From positions 1 to 51,991 of the forward strand of contig NW_021831960.1 of NCBI RefSeq assembly GCF_006345805.1: DNA of 51,991 bases, written 5' to 3'. The position numbers and the translations under genes are program-made. Below the pieces are notes generated by a model that made no database searches, was not told the DNA's origin, and saw nothing but the letters and a program-made list of their open reading frames with translations. Origin of the DNA: Octopus sinensis. Its lineage: Eukaryota. This document shows positions 13,513 to 26,036 of this stretch, piece after piece; positions within the stretch are counted from its first letter, which is position 1, and each line of letters starts with the position of its first letter.

Positions 13513-13690
13513 GTGTGTGTGTGTGTGTGTGTGTGTGCCATAACTTGACAACTAACGGTTCGGCAAGAGTGATCGATAAAATACGTTCTAGGCTTACAAT
13601 GAATAAGTCCTTGGATCGATTTGTTCGACTAAGAGAAGATGCTCCAGCATGGCCGCAGTCAAATGACTGAAACAAGTAAAAGAGTAATAG
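12925..13690. mobile_element. Cluster of SINE family B pieces (12925-13330 minus, 13395-13460 minus, 13540-13690 plus)
   Basis: Repeated CTTTTACTTGTTTCAGTCATTTGACTGC..CCATG tails, and the reverse complement at 13640-13685. Confidence 0.8.
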
Positions 13691-13801
13691 AGTATATAAA
13701 GCCAAGATTAACTTCAAAGCATTGCAGTCTGACTATCAATAATATTCTTGCTTAAGAATAATATATATATATATACATACATCTATATGTGTATGAATGT
13801 G

Positions 13802-13859
<58 letters not shown>

Positions 13860-14031
13860 TCAAAGTTAAATGAGTATCACTGTCACCTGTTCAGGGGGAA
13901 TAATAGTCTGCACGCCTAGCCAGTGGGGTGGTATCATTCAATAGTCTAGTTGATACAGTGACACAGTGACATGTATAGATAGATATACATACGCACATAT
14001 ATATATAATAACACGAAAACACACACACTCG

Positions 14032-14067
<36 letters not shown>

Positions 14068-14069
<2 letters not shown>

Positions 14070-15573
14070 CATTGCTCAATTGATAGAAAATCAAAAATTA
14101 ACAGAATCTTAAAAATAAAACATAATTGTAAAAGAAAATGTTCAAAGAGACATTTAAATTTCTTTTTTTATTAGAAATACTATATTATGTAAATATAGAA
14201 AATGGATAATTATGGAATAAATATTAAGCTGAATTAGATAAAGTGCTTATCTGATGAAAAAACAAATTTAATTTTGTGAAAGCAAAGAGCTTTAAAAAAA
14301 TCAGAAATCATTTTTTTTTTAAGATATTAATGCAATGAAAATGTATCAGTATATTTTTTTCAAAAAAAAATCGCTTTATTCATTATAGAATATTTGATTT
14401 AAAAATGAAAATAATTAGCTGTGTAATAAAGAATGTCTAAAAGGAATTTAAATGATTGGTGAGAGATAGATATTCATTAAATTTACATAAAGTAAAAACC
14501 TCCGGGTAAAATTTTAGGAAGGAAAATTTAGTCAAGGGAGTAAGTCTTTTATAATACACAGGACAATAAATTTCGTATATAAACTAGGCAGAAACTGTTC
14601 AATATTTCAGAATGTAATGATCTAATTAAATCATTTAGAAATATCCAAAATCATAGCGTTTTATTTCTTTTTGTATTTTAAACCGAAAAAGCAAATAGAG
14701 ATTTACCTAAATCAAGGACGCTAAAAGGACAATTACTCTTTACTCTTTACTCTCTTTTACTTGTTTCAGTCATATGACTGTGGCCATGCTGGAGCGCCAC
14801 CTTTAGTCGAGCAAATCGACCCCAGGACTTATTCTTTGTAAGCCTAGTACTTATTCTATCGGTTTCTTTTTCCGAACCGCTACGTTACGGGGACGTAAAC
14901 ACACCAGCATCGGTTGAAAATGATGTTGGTGGGTGGACAAACACAAACACGCAAATGTATACGCACACACGTACCTATATATATATATATATATATATAT
15001 ATACGACGGGCTTCTTTCAGTTTCCGTCTACCAAATCCACTCACGAGGCTTTATATTGTTTAAAAAACTTCCAGTTAATGTATAAAATAAGAAATTATTA
15101 CGATTCAGAGAACTAAATCATTTCAAATCAATTCAGATAGTTAATCAAAATTGTAACAATGTTTTACAAATAAAAATTTCTGCAATTACTTAATACCATT
15201 ATATACACTGTTTGGTATCAGAAGACTGGAAGTGGTTGTAGTGATTTATAAAAAAAAAGAAAAAGTAAAAAACGAATCGTAAAAGAATCTATGCCGTAGA
15301 CAGACGTACACACTCACACTCAGACACACACACATACACACATATATTCATAGCTCCGAGGAAGCTATAGCATGCTGCACGGACATTAATCTCTGAGTTC
15401 ACTACCTCTTATAGGTAAAACAACTGTAAGCTAATGAAAGTGATTACGTGACACCTATTTTCTTTTCAGTCATTAACATATATATATATATATATATATT
15501 ATATATTATATATATATATATTATACATATACATATACATATATATGTATATATAATATCCATATATATAATG

Positions 15574-15610
<37 letters not shown>

Positions 15611-17063
15611 TATATATATATTATATATATATATATATTATACCCATTTTGCTCAATTGATAGAAAATCAAAAATTACAGAATCTTAAAAAATTAAAACA
15701 TAATTGTAAAAGAAAATGTTCAGAGACATTTAAATTTCTTTTTTTATTAGAAATACTATAATTATGTAAAGATAAGAAAAATGGATAATTATGGAATAAA
15801 TATTAAGCTGAATTAGATAAAGTGCTTATCTGATGAAAAAACAAATTTAATTTTGTGAAAGCAAAAAGCTTTAAAAAAATTCAGAAATCATTTTTCTTTT
15901 AAGATATTAATGCAATGAAAATGTATCAGTATATTTTTTTCAAAAAAAAATCGCTTTATTCATTATAGAATATTTGATTTAAATGAAAATAAATTAGCTG
16001 TGTAATAAAGAATGTCTAAAAGGAATTTAAATGATTGGTGAGAGATAGATATTCATTAAATTTACATAAAGTAAAAACCTCCGGGTAAAATTTTAGGAAG
16101 GAAAAATTTATGTCAAGGGAGATAAGTCTTTTATAATACACAGGACAATAAATTTCGTATATAAACTAGGCAGAAACTGTTCAATATATTCAGAATGTAA
16201 TGATCTAATTAAATCATTTAGAAATATCCAAAATCATAGCGTTTTATTCTTTTTTGTATTTTAAACCGAGAAAAGCAAAATAGAGATTTACCTAAATCAA
16301 GGACGCTAAAAGGACAATTACTCTTTACTCTTTACTCTTTTACTTGTTTCAGTCATATGACTGTGGCCATGCTGGAGCGCCACCTTTAGTCGAGCAAATC
16401 GACCCCAGGACTTATTCTTTGTAAGCCTAGTACTTATTCTATCGGTTTCTTTTTCCGAACCGCTACGTTACGGGGACGTAAACACACCAGCATCGGTTGA
16501 AAATGATGTTGGTGGGTGGACAACACAAACACACGCAATGTATACGCACACACGTACCTATATATATTATAGTATATAATATATATATATATACGACGGG
16601 CTTCTTTCAGTTTCCGTCTACCAAATCCACTCACGAGGCTTTATATTGTTTAAAAAACTTCCAGTTAATGTATAAAATAAGAAATTATTACGATTCAGAG
16701 AACTAAATCATTTCAAATCAATTCAGATAGTTAATCAAAATTGTAACAATTTTTACAAATAAAAATTTCTGCAATTACTTAATACCATTATACACTGTTT
16801 GGTATCAGAAGACTGGAAGTGGTTGTAGTGATTTATAAAAAAAAAGAAAAAGTAAAAACGAATCGTAAAAGAATCTATGTATGCCGTAGACAGACGTACA
16901 CTCACACTCAGACACCACCCATACACACATATATTCATAGCTCCGAAAGCTATAGCATGCTGCACGGACATTAATCTCTGAGTTCACTACCTCTTATAGG
17001 TAAAACAACTGTAAGCTAATGAAAGTGATTACGTGACACCTATTTTCTTTTTTCAGTCATTAC

Positions 17064-17097
<34 letters not shown>

Positions 17098-17137
17098 ACA
17101 TAACATATACATATATATGATATATAAATTCCATATA

Positions 17138-17200
<63 letters not shown>
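14068..17200. repeat. Direct tandem duplication, period ~1575 bp, each unit containing a truncated family B SINE
   Basis: CCCATT(TT)GCTCAATTGATAGAAAATC starts at 14068 and 15643. The units end GTGACACCTATTTTCTTTT..CAGTCATTA at ~15475 and ~17062. Near-identical apart from small indels. Confidence 0.97.
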
Positions 17201-17205
<5 letters not shown>

Positions 17206-17496
17206 TATCTATATATATATACCTATATGTATGTATATGTAATATCCATATATATATATATATATAGGTTTACAACGCACTAGTCCATTGCTAATGAACT
17301 GCTTAGGGCAGTGAAACGTGTATAGCAACGACAGATATTGTATTAAATAAGATACTTTGAGGACAGCTTATACATTTAATTAAGTATTTCCAATACAACA
17401 CACACACACACGCTTATATATATATATATATTCAAATATGCACATATATATATATATACATATACATATATATATATAATTTATTATATATATATA

Positions 17497-17575
<79 letters not shown>

Positions 17576-17749
17576 TATACATATACATATACATATGTAT
17601 GAAAACAGGTATTATTTATTCACTGTTATATATACATATATATATATGTATATGTATGCATATTTATGTATATATACATATATGTACATATTTAAATATG
17701 CATGGTATATATATATTCTATATTCTATTTTCTTTTTGTAACATATTTC

Positions 17750-17836
<87 letters not shown>

Positions 17837-18029
17837 TGTATATGTTATATATATATATATATATATATACATACATTATATATAATAACTCGTCGTCCGC
17901 ATTTGAAGCACTATTGAATTATATCAGTCATTTATGTAGCATAGAATGCGGTACTCACTTGGTTAGTAATCTAGGCTTGATCACCTGTTTTATTTCTTGT
18001 GTTACAAAGTGATCATGGCAGCTCTGATG

Positions 18030-18760
18030 GATGCGTATACCAAGGAAGAAAGGAGACCAGTGATCAGATTCTCCTGGTCTGAAGGTGTGATAAAATTGAG
18101 AATTTGAAAAATGGCTGGACAAGGGTGATGCTCCAAGTGGGAGCAAGCCGCTTATGAAACTCAACCCCAAACGTGAAGATTTAGTAGCCTGGACAGATGG
18201 TTATGGTGAAGCAACAAGTGACCAGCTTTGAGGTGGCATTTTCTCTATAAATCAATTATGGTTCTGCGTACGAAATTTTCCACGACAAGCTCCGTGTCTA
18301 TGTCAATGGAAGATGGTGCCAAGAAAGCTTGCGGAAGTGAATAAGCGTAATCATGTGGAGAAATGTCAACATTTATTCGACTGTTACGGCGATAAAGGCG
18401 AAGTTTTTTGGAGAGAATATTCAGAAAAGATGAGTCATGGGTTCAACACTTTGGGACATAATCCAAAAAGCAGAGTCTGTAGTGGGAACACCCAGAAACG
18501 CCGGTGAAAAAGAAACTCAACATGCAGCATGCTGTAGAAAAAGTGATGCTAACCGATTTGGGGGCGTTAAAGGACTTATACTGAAACATCGATTGGAAAA
18601 GGGGTCTACATTCATCAGTGTAGGCTACATACAGTGAAATGCTGGTTAACAGACTAAAACCAGCAATTCGCGCCAAACGACGAGGTCTATTGTCAAAGCA
18701 ATTGTTATTGTTGCCCAACGAAGCATGCCAACATACAGCCGCCCGTACCGTTGAAGCCAC
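18030..18760 (+). pseudogene. Highly degenerate mariner transposase relic (irritans-like)
   Basis: Fragments read across frames: KEERRPVIRFSWSEGV, VPRKL (WVPR-type motif), DESWVQH..SKKQS..WEHP, and LLLPNEACQHTAARTVEA (decayed HDNARPHTA). Confidence 0.7.
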
Positions 18761-19209
18761 AATTCTCTAGTCTTAGATTTGGTAATTGATAAACAAGACT
18801 AATAAATTAAAACTGAACTAAAATCCATTACAAGCAATGACCCCCAACACATTTTTTCCCGGTGTCTTAGAAACTTCGAAGTTGAAGTGCCAGCAGCATG
18901 GACTTTGTCTGTCTTCTTACTCTATTAGAGTATTTAAGTAAAACTATATTAATGTGTCCACTGACTTTAAAAATGTTATTTACTTATGCAGCTGAGGATA
19001 GCCCTGCATTTAAATTGACGTAATGATTGCATTGTTCAGTTAAATGAATTCGCTTGAAACGGTCGTACTGCATCACCTCTGCATATCCTGTTGCTTATTT
19101 TAATATATTTATATGTAGTTTATCGACAAGGTTTTGTGTATAAACGTGTATGCACGTATGCGTATATATGCTCCTTAACGCAAGCGCTCGCACAGTATGA
19201 AATCACGCA

Positions 19210-19610
19210 AGGCAATGAGCTGGCAAAAACGTTAGCACGTCGGGCGAAGTGCTTAGCGATATTTCGTCTGTCTCTACGTTCTGAGTTCAAATTCCGCCGT
19301 GGTCGACTTTGCCTTTCATTCTTTCGGGGTCGATTAAATAAGTACGAGTTACGCACTGGGGTCGATATAATCGACTTAATCCGTGTTCCTGTCCTTGTTT
19401 GTCCCCTCTGTGTTTAGCCCCTTGTGGGTAGTAAAGAAATAGGTATTTCGTCTGTCTTTGTGTTCTGAGTTCAAATTTCACCTAGGCCGACTTTGCCTTT
19501 CGTCCTTTCGGGGTCGATAAATTAAGTACCAGTTGCGTACTGGGGTCGATCTAATTAACTGGCCTCTTCCCCACAATTTTCGGGCCTTGTGCCTAGAGTA
19601 GAAAAGAAAA
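19210..19610 (+). mobile_element. Dimeric SINE family A
   Basis: Head, core, tail 1 (TCTGTGTTTAGCCCCTTGTGGGTAGTAAAGAAAT), second core, tail 2 (TTTCGGGCCTTGTGCCTAGAGTAGAAAAG). Confidence 0.88.
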
Positions 19611-19709
19611 GAAAAACAAAGAATATGAACTCACTCTGTGCAATTACTACATAAGCCATGTTGTTACGCTTGACATGACTGATCCTCTCAAACTAATAGT
19701 TGCCAACTA

Positions 19710-20932
19710 TTAGGTTGGTAACTAAGTTCCCGTCGTTTTTTTTTAATTTTAAATTTTTTATAAGGTTTAATAAAAAAAATAACTAATTATTCAATAATGT
19801 ATTCACCATTGTTGTTTACAAATTTTTTCCCAACGTTGAAAATTATTTTCAATACCTCGTTGGTAGAAATCACCCGATTTCGACTCGAAAAATTGATCCA
19901 ACCAAGCTCTCAATTCTGCATCAGTATTGAAAGAAACTCTGCGCATAGCATTTGAAAGAGATAGAAAGCGGTGGAAATCCGCTGGTGCCAAATCAGGAGA
20001 GTACGGTGGGTGTAGCAGCACTTCCCAGCCATGCGTTTGAATGGCTTCTTTGGTCATATTGGCGATATGAGGGCGGGCGTTGTTGTGCAGCAGAAAAATT
20101 CCATGCTGACGATTAGGTCTTTTCTCTTGAATAGCCGTGTTGAGTCGTTCCATCTGTTGACCATAGAGTTCCGCGTTGACCGTTTGGTTCCGTTCAAGCA
20201 ATTCGTAACTGATAATCCCTTTCCAGTCCCACCAAACGCACAACATCGTTTTACGCGGATGAAGATCTTGTTTCACGTGCGGTGTCGCTTGTTTACCGGG
20301 TCTAAGCCATTTCTTACGTTGCTTCATATTGATGTACAGGCACCATTTTCCGTCGCCAATAATGATTCGATAAATAAATCGTTTCTTGTGTCCATGTGTT
20401 GAGCTGTGACGAGCAAGCAAACCAGCAGAGATTGTGGCTCGTTGATTTTTGTTGTTGTCACTTAAAGCATGCGTAACCCATGCTCCATACTTTTGAACCT
20501 TTCCCATCGAGTGAAGATTCTTCTCTATAATAGTGTGGGAGCATTCCATTTTCTCGGCCAGTTCTCTTGCCGTTTAACAAGAATTTTCGTGCAAAAGTTG
20601 GTTTAATCGCTCTTCATCGAACTCACCATAAAACGAGGTGCATCTTTGAGGTCAACATTTCCATTATTGAATTTGGCATACCAATCACGAGTGGTTCTTT
20701 CAACTATGGCACTCTCTCCATACACAGCACAAATGTCGCGAGCAGCTTTTGCGGCCTTAGAACCTTGATTAAAAGCAAAACGAAGGAGGTGTCGAAAATG
20801 CTCGTTTTTCTTAAACTTGACATTCCATGTTAATGATCTGAAAATAAACAAATACTGACTAAAATTAACTAGAAAAAAATAAAATAGATTCCAAAATTTT
20901 AAAAAACCGCGGGAACTTAGTTGCCAACCCAA
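19710..20932 (-). mobile_element. Near-full-length mariner DNA transposon (mellifera-like TIRs)
   Basis: TIRs TTAGGTTGGTAACTAAGTTCCCG (19710) and CGGGAACTTAGTTGCCAACCCAA (to 20932). TA on both flanks. Transposase inside. Confidence 0.95.
19803..20828 (-). pseudogene. Mariner (DD34D-type) transposase, inactivated
   Basis: HTH region HFRHLLRFAFNQGSKAAKAARDICAVYG, then WVTHAL, IIIGDGKW, LHNNARPH (second catalytic D changed to N) and HPPYSPDLAPAD. Broken between the ORFs at 20603-20932 and 19803-20549. Confidence 0.92.
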
Positions 20933-21079
20933 TAGAACAATGTTGACCTACAAAGTTTATCTGGAAAAACATGGCTACCAAATTAATCTGAATCTTCCAA
21001 ATATTTCATAACTATTTATCATAAGACTTTGTCAACTGTTAGTATCTTCTGTTTATATGCCCAATCATAGAACAGTCAT

Positions 21080-21241
21080 GCCGATATTTCGCCTGTCTTT
21101 ATGTTCTGAGTTCAAATTCTGCCGATGTCGACTTTGCTTTTTATCCTTCGGGGTTGATAAATTAAGTACCAGTTGCATACTGCAGTCGATGTAATCGAAT
21201 GGCCCCCTCCTCCAAAATTTCGGGCCTTGTGCCTAGAGTAA
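21080..21241 (+). mobile_element. SINE family A, 3' monomer
   Basis: GTTCTGAGTTCAAATTCTGCCG...GGCCCCCTCCTCCAAAATTTCGGGCCTTGTGCCTAGAGTA. Confidence 0.85.
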
Positions 21242-21584
21242 AAATTTACAAATTGGTAAATTATTTATTATCAACAAATTGCTCATCTTCTTTAATAATA
21301 AATAATTGTTAACTTCCTTATCTCCATTTTCTTTTCTTCTTTGGATATAAACTTTATGCTTAATATATACTTATTGTATTAAGGAAATTTCATTCCCCAA
21401 CAGTACTAGGTATTGAACCAGAATTTCCTTGCATGCAACCATCTCTTCATGAGGCTAACATGTCCTCTAATTAAATATGTGTGTGTGTACATGTATGCAT
21501 GTATGTATGTTAATATGTATGTGTGTGTATGTAGTATGCATACACATATATATGTATATATATATATTTATATATATATATATA

Positions 21585-21642
<58 letters not shown>

Positions 21643-22431
21643 ATATTGTGTGTGTGTGTGTGTATAAATATACATACATATATACATATGTATTTATGTA
21701 TTTAGCATTGTAATCTTTTTTATCGATTGGTTCACTATCTAATTTCCAACCAAAGAGAATTTTCTTCATATGAATCTATTTTTTTCCGTCAGAGAAGTTG
21801 AAGGAATTAAATATATATCTTAATGCATTAATTTAATTCTATACATTTTTCTGTTACTTTCATTTCATCAGCAGAATCCTTCCTATTGTAATCAGCTGCT
21901 ATTTTGATCTCAGTGTATCTCGTCAGTGCAGAGTAACAAAGGACAGTAGTGTCCATTAATTAGATTACATGAAATTATTTACTGTTCTGAAGGAGAAGGT
22001 GGCGTATGGGAAGTATACAGTGAAAGTATTTCATATCCTTCGTTGTACGTTAGAAAATGTAGAAAAATATTGTGCAGAAAAAGTCAGATTAGAAAATTAA
22101 ATTTTTTACGTCGATTGGCTCTTCATTTGATTTCCATAACAAGAGAGATAGTTTTCTTGCTAGGAATCCATGTTATTCCGCCAGTGAAGTGAAAGGAATA
22201 AAAATATGTAATATGTTTATTCATACATCTAATTCATCTTTCTTTTTCTTTCGCTTCAAAAGCAGAATTCTTCGTAGTTATATTCAGTTGTTATTTCGAC
22301 CTGGTTGGCTCTCTTTTGATATTTACTTTACGGAAGGAAAAGCAGAGACAGAGAAAGCGCATAGTGAAAGTATTTCACCCCGAAAAAGAGTCATTCTTGT
22401 TCATATTCCTCTTAGTGCATAAGCTGTGTAC

Positions 22432-22619
<188 letters not shown>

Positions 22620-23312
22620 ATGAAATATATATATAGAGAGAGGGGAGAGGGAGGCGCCGAGCTGGCAGAATCGTTAGCATGCCGTTCTGTGTTCAAATTT
22701 CTCCGAGATCGACTTTGCTTTTTCACCTTTTCGGGTTCGATACCAGCATTTATGGTGAGAGCATAAAAACAAAAACTGCATCACTCTGTCAAGCCATGTT
22801 GAACCAGTGTGGCAGAGTAGACTCATCAAACCAGTTCGATCTCAAGCTCAAATTCACGGTTCACGGCCTCCATATAGGACCATGGTTGATCGAGAGAAAT
22901 TGCTCAGGCTTCCGTGCTGCAGTGGACTGGACATTGGCAATCCAATCTAATCCAGGCCAATAAACAGTCGCCATTCAGCGTCCCACGCCGTGTGCTTTCA
23001 TTCAGGCGGCGCCGAAGTTCATCTTATAATGAAAACCAGGGCTGTAATTTGTGATATGCGATAGATGTGTGAGTAAATTTTAGTTGATTGATCGAGGAAT
23101 GATAGATTACAGAACTCAACACGTAAGTATAGAGTTCTCTTTCATACAACATAGAGGAAAGGCTCATAATTGCAATAGTCCGAGTCACAGGTTTCTTTTC
23201 CTTCAGCAGGCAATCCAAGCCTGTTTCACTTAAAATGTCTGCTCTTTCAATATATTTTGAAATATTACACATATGTGTGTGTTTATGTAAGTATGTACAT
23301 TATGTATATATG

Positions 23313-23353
<41 letters not shown>

Positions 23354-23562
23354 ATCTATCTATCTATATATATATACCTGTATATATATATGTATATATA
23401 TATATACACATATATACATGCATATATACATACATATATCTATTTATATATACACATATATATATATATATATACATATATTCATATATATGCATATATA
23501 TATACACATATATATATACATATATATACATGTATATATACATATATAATATGTATATATAT

Positions 23563-23605
<43 letters not shown>

Positions 23606-23650
23606 TTGTGCGTTCTATGTGTATGTATTTATGTTTTCGTATATCTTATC

Positions 23651-23686
<36 letters not shown>

Positions 23687-24254
23687 GTGCAATTGTATTA
23701 TCTATAACCTTTCTTCTGTGTCTTTAAATTAAAGAGTTTCTTTTCCTCCTTTTCATTTTCTGAGGTTTACATATTTGTTTGTTTGTTTCGTTCTGGGAGG
23801 TTTTTTTGTTTTGTTCTTTTCTTTTTTCACGCTTCGCTATTTTTGTTGGAACAAGTTCGAAATATAATTTATTTATCCATTCTTCTCATATACTTGATAA
23901 AAATCTTACTGACATTTTTCAGCTAAAAATATAATAGCGTTTACGATTAGCGGTATTGATGGCGGTGGTGTAGGATGTTGGTACTGGTGAGACAGGTGGG
24001 TAGCCACGATGGTGATGGTGGTGTTGGCGAAGTTGATGTCGGTGACGTATAAGCTGATTGAGAAGTGTTGAGGGTTAGATAAATTTATTCAACTCAAGAT
24101 GAGGAAGCTGATGATAGTGGAGATAGAGCTACACCAACACTGGGCTGGTGCTCATTCTCAACTGATTTCACGAGAACAATGTGACATTAAGTGCCTTGTT
24201 CATGGACAGAATGCGTTGCCTGATTCATAAATCGAACCCATGACCATGTGTTGA

Positions 24255-24415
24255 ACCGATAAGTTACAGAGACATAAACACACCAACATCGGTTGTCAAG
24301 TGATGGTGTTGAGACAAACACTGACACAGAAGCATATATATTATATATATGTATGTATGTGTGTGTGTATGTGTGTGTGTGTGTGTGTGTGTATGTATAT
24401 GTATATATATATATG

Positions 24416-24447
<32 letters not shown>

Positions 24448-24560
24448 TGTATGTATGTATATATATATATACGACGGGCTTCTTTCAGTTTCCGTCTACC
24501 AAATCCAATGACAAGGCACCGGTCGGCTCGAGGCTATAATAGAAGACACTTGTCTTAGGT
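24255..24560 (-). mobile_element. SINE family B with expanded internal (TG)/(TATG) microsatellite
   Basis: AAACACACCAACATCGGTTGTCAAG, microsatellite, then ACGACGGGCTTCTTTCAGTTTCCGTCTACCAAATCC...GAGGCTATAATAGAAGACACTTG. Confidence 0.82.
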
Positions 24561-24688
24561 TCCTAATAATATTTAATCATAAAAATACAATTGGAGTTTT
24601 TAGGGACTGAATGGTTATGAGTATCCCACCCTCTGAGTAAAATAGGAATTCAGGAGATCCATTGGCGAAAAATGGTTGAGAACCACTG
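24560..24688. mobile_element. Possible hAT (Charlie/MER5-like) transposon end
   Basis: GGTTGAGAACCACTG is the reverse complement of a CAGTGGTTCTCAACC hAT-type TIR. No partner TIR found. Confidence 0.4.
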
Positions 24689-25209
24689 CCTTAGACTAAA
24701 AGAACATCATCATTCCATCCATAGTAAGAACGGCGTTTAATATAAAGCAAGGGAAAGGAGATTGCTATATTCACTTGATAAGATACCAACGAAACACTCT
24801 CACGTCCAAGTTTCTTGTATGGTGTTATGGAGTTGGGGAAATAGCTACGGCTTCCTGATCAAAAAAGGAAAACTTTCATGTCGAAGACATGAAGGAAGCT
24901 GCACGAATTCGGTGGACATAGAGTAGTAAAAGGGGAAATAGAATATAACTTGATTCGTTGTTGCATTTCGTTTGCAAGCTTCTTGATGTGAATTCGTGTG
25001 TTAAAACAAATCTTGCTTTGTCATTAGAGGGTCACTACGCCAATAATACTAAATACACGCACTGGTTCAATATCACATCTTTATTGTTCCAGGATTTGAC
25101 TTTAAAGAGGTCTGACCTCGAAGAGAGGGGACATGCCATTGATGAGGTCAGGGATTGCGACGAAAGGACTTTGACAAGCAAACAACTGTTTGTTTGTTCA
25201 ACAAACTTA

Positions 25210-25503
25210 TTGGATTCTAATTTTGGTACAACGCCAGCCGATTTGGGGGAGGGGTAAGCCTATTAAATCGACCACAGTGTTCGACTGATATTTATTTTAT
25301 CGGCCCCGAAATGATGAAAGTCGAAATGCTTAGCGGTATTTCGTCTGTCTTTACGTTCTGAGTTCAAATTCCGCCGAGGTCGACTTTGCCTTTTATCCTT
25401 TCGGGGTCGATAAATTAAGTACCAGTTACATACTGGGGATCGATCTAATTGACTGGACCACCTCCCCAAAAATTTCGGGCCTTGTGCCCAGAGTAGAAAA
25501 GAA
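25210..25503. mobile_element. Two SINE family A pieces back to back (minus 25210-25320, plus 25322-25503)
   Basis: TTTATCGGCCCCGAAATGATGAAAG, then CGAAATGCTTAGCGGTATTTCGTCTG...CCTTGTGCCCAGAGTAGAAAAG. Confidence 0.8.
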
Positions 25504-26036
25504 TATACATAGATATCTGTATGTAGGTAGTAACGGGATATAGGTAGGTAGGTAGGTAGGTAGGTAGGTAGGTAGGTAGGTATATGTATACTTATGTTTG
25601 TCTCCGTTCGTTGTTTTCAACTCGTGTGAAAACGTTTCTGATATGTTGCTGATACTTGTAATGATTCAGTCATTTCTTGCATTTGAAAAAATATCATCAC
25701 ATTTTACCGTAAGAGAGAATTTTTCTCTGCGCAACTGCAGTGAACTTGCCTTTAGAAATGAAAATATGCCACAAACATATTTAAACTAAAGTTTTGTTTC
25801 CTCCCAGGGTTAAAGTTTGAATCTGCCCAGAGTTATCTCTCTTCCATATTTCCCATTGAACGAAGCTAAGGAGTCAGAAACAGACATCTGGAAACCCACT
25901 AGACGCTAGAGGGAGACGAAGATTTGCTCTCGGCGGCGGCGGTAACTGCAGTGAACTTGAGATGAGAAGTTAAAACATGTCACCTTGACACTTTGGCTAA
26001 AGTTCGTACACACACATATATATATATATATATATA

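Noticed and set aside
22745-23272. Complex-sequence ORFs 22679-22963 (+) and 23024-23272 (-)
   Set aside because: No recognisable domain or convincing splice sites; cannot be supported without a BLASTx search.
25895-25920. CTCF-like motif (CCACTAGACGCTAGAGGGAG)
   Set aside because: Mismatches at key positions; expected by chance in 52 kb.
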